Source: Dickeya solani IPO 2222
GTDB lineage: Bacteria; Pseudomonadota; Gammaproteobacteria; Enterobacterales; Enterobacteriaceae
Reading direction: 5' to 3'
Assembly: GCF_001644705.1 (NCBI RefSeq)
Contig: NZ_CP015137.1
Coordinates: 3,420,001 to 3,452,000 of the forward strand
DNA length: 32,000 nucleotides
Positions 28,468 to 32,000 of this stretch are shown here, piece after piece (positions within the stretch are counted from its first letter, which is position 1; each line of letters starts with the position of its first letter). Position numbers and translations under genes: made by a program. Below the pieces are notes generated by a model. It was not told the origin of the DNA. It made no database searches and saw only the letters and a list, made by a program, of their open reading frames with translations.

Positions 28468-30896
28468 TCTGGCGTTGGTTTTGGCGGGAGTGGCGCTCGC
28501 CGTCGTTGCTGATTGTCTGGCTGGCGTTGACGCTGTCGGTGGCCTGTGTGCTGGCGCTCGGAGCTATCAGCGATCGCATGGAGAAAGGGCTGAGCCAGCA
28601 GAGTCGGGACTTTCTGGCTGGCGACCGCGTGCTGCGGGCGTCCCGTCCGGTGGATGAAAACTGGCTGCAACAGGCGCAGCAGCAGGGGCTGACACAGAGC
28701 CGGCAAGTGTCGTTCATGACCATGACCTACGCGGGCGACAACGCGCAACTGGCGCAGGTTAAGGCCACTGACGAGCGTTATCCGCTGTATGGCGAGCTGA
28801 AAACCCAGCCGGCCGGGCTGCGGGTGGCGCCGGGTACGGTGCTGGCCGCGCCGCGTCTGTTGGCCTTGCTGGGGTTGAAGGTGGGCGACCGGCTGGATGT
28901 CGGGGATACCTCATTGACTGTTGCCGGGGAACTGGTACAGGAGCCGGATGCCGGCTTTAACCCGTTCGAGACGGCGCCGCGGGTGCTGATGAATCTGGCG
29001 GATGTGGAAAAAACCGGTGCTATTCAGCCCGGTGGGCGTATTACCTGGCGCTATATGTTTGCCGGCACGCCGTCGCAAATCGCCCGTTTCAGCGATGTTA
29101 TCCAACCGCAACTGAAGCCAGATCAGCGCTGGTATGGCATGGAGGATTCGCAAAGCGCGCTGGGCAAATCCCTGCAACGCTCCCAGCAGTTCCTGTTGTT
29201 ATCGGCATTGCTGACCCTGCTGCTGTCGGTGGCGGCGGTGGCGGTGGCGATGGGGCATTACTGCCGTAGCCGCTACGATCTGGTGGCGGTGCTTAAAACG
29301 CTGGGCGCCGGGCGACAGGCGCTGCGTCGGTTAATCGTCGGGCAGTGGGTATCGGTGCTGGCGTTGTCGGCGTTGTGCGGCAGCCTGCTGGGAATGGGGT
29401 TTGAGGCGCTGCTGATACGCGCGCTTTCACCGGTGCTGCCCGGCGAATTACCGGCCGCCGGGCTGTGGCCGTGGGGCTGGGCGCTGGGCACGCTGGTGCT
29501 GATTTCGCTGTTGGTGGGGATTCGCCCTTACCGGCAACTGCTGGCGACCCAACCGCTGCGGGTTTTGCGTCAGGATGTGGTGGCGAATGTCTGGCCGCTA
29601 CGCTACTACCTGCCGGTGGTGGCCGTGGTGGTGATCGGTTTGCTGGTGGTGTTGTCCGGCGGCGGCGCGCTGTTGTGGTCATTGCTGGGCGGTATGCTGG
29701 CGCTGGCGCTGCTGCTGGGCGGCATTGGCTGGGGCAGCCTGCTGTTGCTGCGCCGCCTGACGTTGAAAACACTGTCGCTGCGCCTTGCCATTAATCGCCT
29801 GCTGCGTCAGCCGTGGGTGACGCTGGGCCAGTTGGCGGCGTTTTCGCTGTCTTTCATGCTGCTGGCGTTGCTGCTGCTGTTGCGCGGCGATTTGCTGGAT
29901 CGCTGGCAGCAGCAGTTGCCGCCCGGCAGCCCCAATTACTTCGTGCTGAATATCAACGCCGATCAGGTGCCGCAGGTAACGGATTTTCTGGCGCAACATC
30001 AGGTAAAACCGGAAACGTTCTACCCGATCATTCGCGCCCGTCTGACGGAAATCAACGGGCTGCGGGCCACCGATCTGGTGCATGAGGACGACCCCGGCGG
30101 GGAAACCGTCAACCGGGAACTGAACCTGACCTGGCTGACCCAACTGCCGGGCCATAATCCGCTGGTGGCGGGGCAGTGGCCGCCGAAAGCGGGCGAGGTG
30201 TCGATAGAGCAAGGCGTGGCGCAGCGCCTTGGGTTAAAGATAGGCGATTCGCTGACCTTCACCGGCGATACCCAGCCGTTTCAGGCCACGATCAGCAGCC
30301 TGCGGCAGGTGGACTGGGAAAGCCTGCGGCCGAATTTCTTCTTCATTTTTCCACCCGGCTCGCTGGATAGTCAGCCGCAGTCATGGCTGACCAGTTTCCG
30401 CTATGAAGGCGGGGATACGCTGATCACCCAACTGAACCGCCAGTTTCCGACGCTGACGGTGCTGGATGTCGGCGCCATTCTTAAGCAGATCAGCACCGTG
30501 TTGCAGCAGGTGGGGCTGGCGCTGGAAGTGATGGTGGTGCTGGTGCTGTTCTGCGGCGCGTTGTTGTTGCTGGCGCAGATTCAGGTCGGCATGCGTCAGC
30601 GGCGTCAGGAACTGATCGTGTATCGCACGCTGGGAGCAGGGCGGCGTTTGTTGCGCGCCACGCTGTGGTGGGAATTTGCGGTGCTGGGGCTGTCAGCCGG
30701 CCTGGCGGCGGCGTTGGGCGCGGAGGCGGCGTTATGGCTGCTGCAGCGCAAGGTGTTCGATTTTCCGTGGCAGCCAAATATGTGGCTGTGGGTTGGATTG
30801 CCGGTAGTGGCGGCACTGCTGCTGTCGCTGTACGGCGGCTGGCTGGGGCTGCGGTTGCTGCGCGGCAATGCGCTGTTCCGGCGTTATCACGCCTGA
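28464..30896 (+). CDS. ybbP: FtsX-domain ABC transporter permease (type VII/MacB-like, duplicated)
   Basis: From the ATG at 28464 it reads MIWRWFWREWRSPSLLIVWLALTLSVACVLALGAISDRMEKGLSQQSRDF, matching the E. coli YbbP N-terminus. The ATG overlaps the ybbA TGA (ATGA), and GGGAGGA lies upstream. Confidence 0.93.
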   Translation: MIWRWFWREWRSPSLLIVWLALTLSVACVLALGAISDRMEKGLSQQSRDFLAGDRVLRASRPVDENWLQQAQQQGLTQSRQVSFMTMTYAGDNAQLAQVKATDERYPLYGELKTQPAGLRVAPGTVLAAPRLLALLGLKVGDRLDVGDTSLTVAGELVQEPDAGFNPFETAPRVLMNLADVEKTGAIQPGGRITWRYMFAGTPSQIARFSDVIQPQLKPDQRWYGMEDSQSALGKSLQRSQQFLLLSALLTLLLSVAAVAVAMGHYCRSRYDLVAVLKTLGAGRQALRRLIVGQWVSVLALSALCGSLLGMGFEALLIRALSPVLPGELPAAGLWPWGWALGTLVLISLLVGIRPYRQLLATQPLRVLRQDVVANVWPLRYYLPVVAVVVIGLLVVLSGGGALLWSLLGGMLALALLLGGIGWGSLLLLRRLTLKTLSLRLAINRLLRQPWVTLGQLAAFSLSFMLLALLLLLRGDLLDRWQQQLPPGSPNYFVLNINADQVPQVTDFLAQHQVKPETFYPIIRARLTEINGLRATDLVHEDDPGGETVNRELNLTWLTQLPGHNPLVAGQWPPKAGEVSIEQGVAQRLGLKIGDSLTFTGDTQPFQATISSLRQVDWESLRPNFFFIFPPGSLDSQPQSWLTSFRYEGGDTLITQLNRQFPTLTVLDVGAILKQISTVLQQVGLALEVMVVLVLFCGALLLLAQIQVGMRQRRQELIVYRTLGAGRRLLRATLWWEFAVLGLSAGLAAALGAEAALWLLQRKVFDFPWQPNMWLWVGLPVVAALLLSLYGGWLGLRLLRGNALFRRYHA

Positions 30897-30914
30897 GAGC
30901 GGGATAAACGCTTG

Positions 30915-30942
30915 AAAGCCAGAGCTTGCCTCTGGCTTTTTT
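30915..30942 (+). terminator. Rho-independent terminator of ybbP
   Basis: Stem gccagag (30918-30924) / ctctggc (30930-30936) can be extended by AAA/TTT pairs and is followed by T6. It lies 19 nt after the stop. Confidence 0.8.
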
Positions 30943-31112
30943 AGCCGTCGTGTTATCAGCGGGTGATATTGCCTTCGTCGTTTTCGCCGCCGGGGGGGTT
31001 GTATTTCGCCAGATTGGGTTCACGGATGTCTGGCATAAGGTATCTTGCCAGTGGGCTATTGCGTGACGTTAACCAGCTTGCGGGAACGGGTCAATCGGTG
31101 GACGGCGGAAGC

Positions 31113-31160
31113 GTGGAAAGAAAGCGCGGAAAGAAAGTGCGGAAAGAAAGTGCGAAAAGA
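31113..31160. repeat. 13-bp tandem repeat, about 3.7 copies
   Basis: Units are gtggaaagaaagc (31113-31125), gcggaaagaaagt (31126-31138), gcggaaagaaagt (31139-31151) and partial gcgaaaaga (31152-31160). Confidence 0.75.
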
Positions 31161-31186
31161 CGCGCAGCCTTGATGCAGGCTGCGCG
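31152..31186 (-). terminator. Likely Rho-independent terminator of the TonB-dependent receptor gene
   Basis: On the minus strand, a 10-bp stem (plus 31161-31170 / 31177-31186, core gcgcagcct/aggctgcgc) with a 6-nt loop is followed by TCTTTTCGCACTTTCTTTCC. It lies 22 nt after the stop at 31209. The U-tract is interrupted. Confidence 0.65.
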
Positions 31187-31208
31187 ATTCAGTAGGTGGT
31201 TCCGATGA

Positions 31209-32000
31209 TTAGAAATCGACGCTGGCGCGCAATACCACTTCACGCGGGTCGCCAATCGCTACGCGCAGGTTATTGCCGCTCGACGGGTAGTAGGTTTTGT
31301 CGAACAGGTTTTTGACGTTGAGCTGCCACTTCACTTTGTAACCGTGGATCGGCACGCTGTAGGTGACAAAGGCGTCAGCCACGGTGTCGTCGTCAAGGAA
31401 GAAGCTGTTGGCGGCGTCGCCGGTGCGGCGGCCGACATAGCGGGCGCCGATGCCGGCGCGCAGATCGTCGCCGGCGTGCAGGCCCAGATTACCGAAGTCG
31501 TTGGTCAGGAACAGCGAGGCGGTATGACGCGCGACGTTGGTCATCTCATTGCCTTGATTATCCGGGTCTGACGTGACGCGGGCATCGGTAAACGCGTAAG
31601 TACCAATCAGGCTCAGGCTGTCGGTCAATTTACCGGCCACATCCACTTCCACCCCTTGCGAACGAACCTTGCCGGCGGTGCGGGTGACGGTTTCTCCGTT
31701 CACCAGCTCGCTAACCATCACGTTGCGCTTCTGGATATCAAACAGCGCCAGATTGGCGGTAACGCGGTTAGGCAGATCCAGCTTGGCGCCCACTTCGTAA
31801 GACTTGCCGGTTTCCGGCGCCATTGACCCAATCTGGGTGGCGATCGAGGTATTGGGTTTGAACGATTCACTGTAGCTGGCGTACAGCGATGACCAGGAAT
31901 TCAGGTTATAGACCACCCCGGCGCGTGGTACCAGTCGGCTGTCGGAACCATCGGTATTGGCAACAAACGGGCGCCCTTTACCTGACATCACATCAAAATG
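31209..32000 (-). CDS. TonB-dependent (siderophore-type) outer-membrane receptor, 3' part only
   Basis: The frame stays open to the right edge of the window. Beta-barrel repeats and the C-terminal TonB-dependent receptor signature ...NLFDKTYYPSS...REVVLRASVDF end in a terminal Phe. Confidence 0.85.
   Translation of the reverse strand, partial: HFDVMSGKGRPFVANTDGSDSRLVPRAGVVYNLNSWSSLYASYSESFKPNTSIATQIGSMAPETGKSYEVGAKLDLPNRVTANLALFDIQKRNVMVSELVNGETVTRTAGKVRSQGVEVDVAGKLTDSLSLIGTYAFTDARVTSDPDNQGNEMTNVARHTASLFLTNDFGNLGLHAGDDLRAGIGARYVGRRTGDAANSFFLDDDTVADAFVTYSVPIHGYKVKWQLNVKNLFDKTYYPSSGNNLRVAIGDPREVVLRASVDF

Noticed and set aside
30956-31036. A 26-codon minus-strand ORF (MPDIREPNLAKYNPPGGENDEGNITR), and an 81-aa plus-strand ORF at 30963-31208.
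   Set aside because: There is no SD and no recognisable family. The plus-strand ORF is built from the 13-bp repeat and the terminator hairpin. The short ORF could be a gene remnant, but I cannot support that.

Overview
This 32-kb chromosomal window comes from a GC-rich enterobacterium. By eye the proteins are close E. coli orthologues with Pectobacteriaceae/Dickeya-like divergence, but the taxon cannot be verified here. It is almost entirely conserved housekeeping genes. Left to right: nrdB (partial) and nrdA (-), ubiG (-), gyrA (+), the Rcs phosphorelay genes rcsC (+) and rcsB-rcsD (-), a YbjJ-like MFS transporter (-) abutting rcsD, a ~1-kb AT-rich non-coding island, the menaquinone operon menF-D-H-B-C-E (+), yfaZ (+), yfaY/cinA-like (+), cnoX(ybbN)-ybbO-tesA (-), ybbA-ybbP (+), and the 3' end of a TonB-dependent receptor (-). 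I saw no tRNA/rRNA, CRISPR array, transposase/integrase, prophage or recognisable defence genes. I found no convincing novel multi-gene system: every long ORF has an obvious housekeeping identity. The noteworthy material is small and non-coding. (1) A micF-like sRNA keeps its E. coli position upstream of rcsD but has no ompC partner, and an MFS gene sits between it and rcsD. (2) An unclassified ~150-bp whole-length-palindromic MITE-like repeat occurs in two copies, one of which carries the tesA stop codon. (3) An ERIC element lies in the AT-rich island. (4) There are three short tandem-repeat arrays: an in-frame 15-bp triplication at the ubiG start, 19 bp x3.4 in the ubiG/gyrA divergent region, and 13 bp x3-4 beside the receptor terminator. 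(5) A gene-order junction fuses men/yfaZY-type and ybbN/tesA-type neighbourhoods. All homology statements rest on reading the translations against remembered E. coli sequences. No database search was possible.
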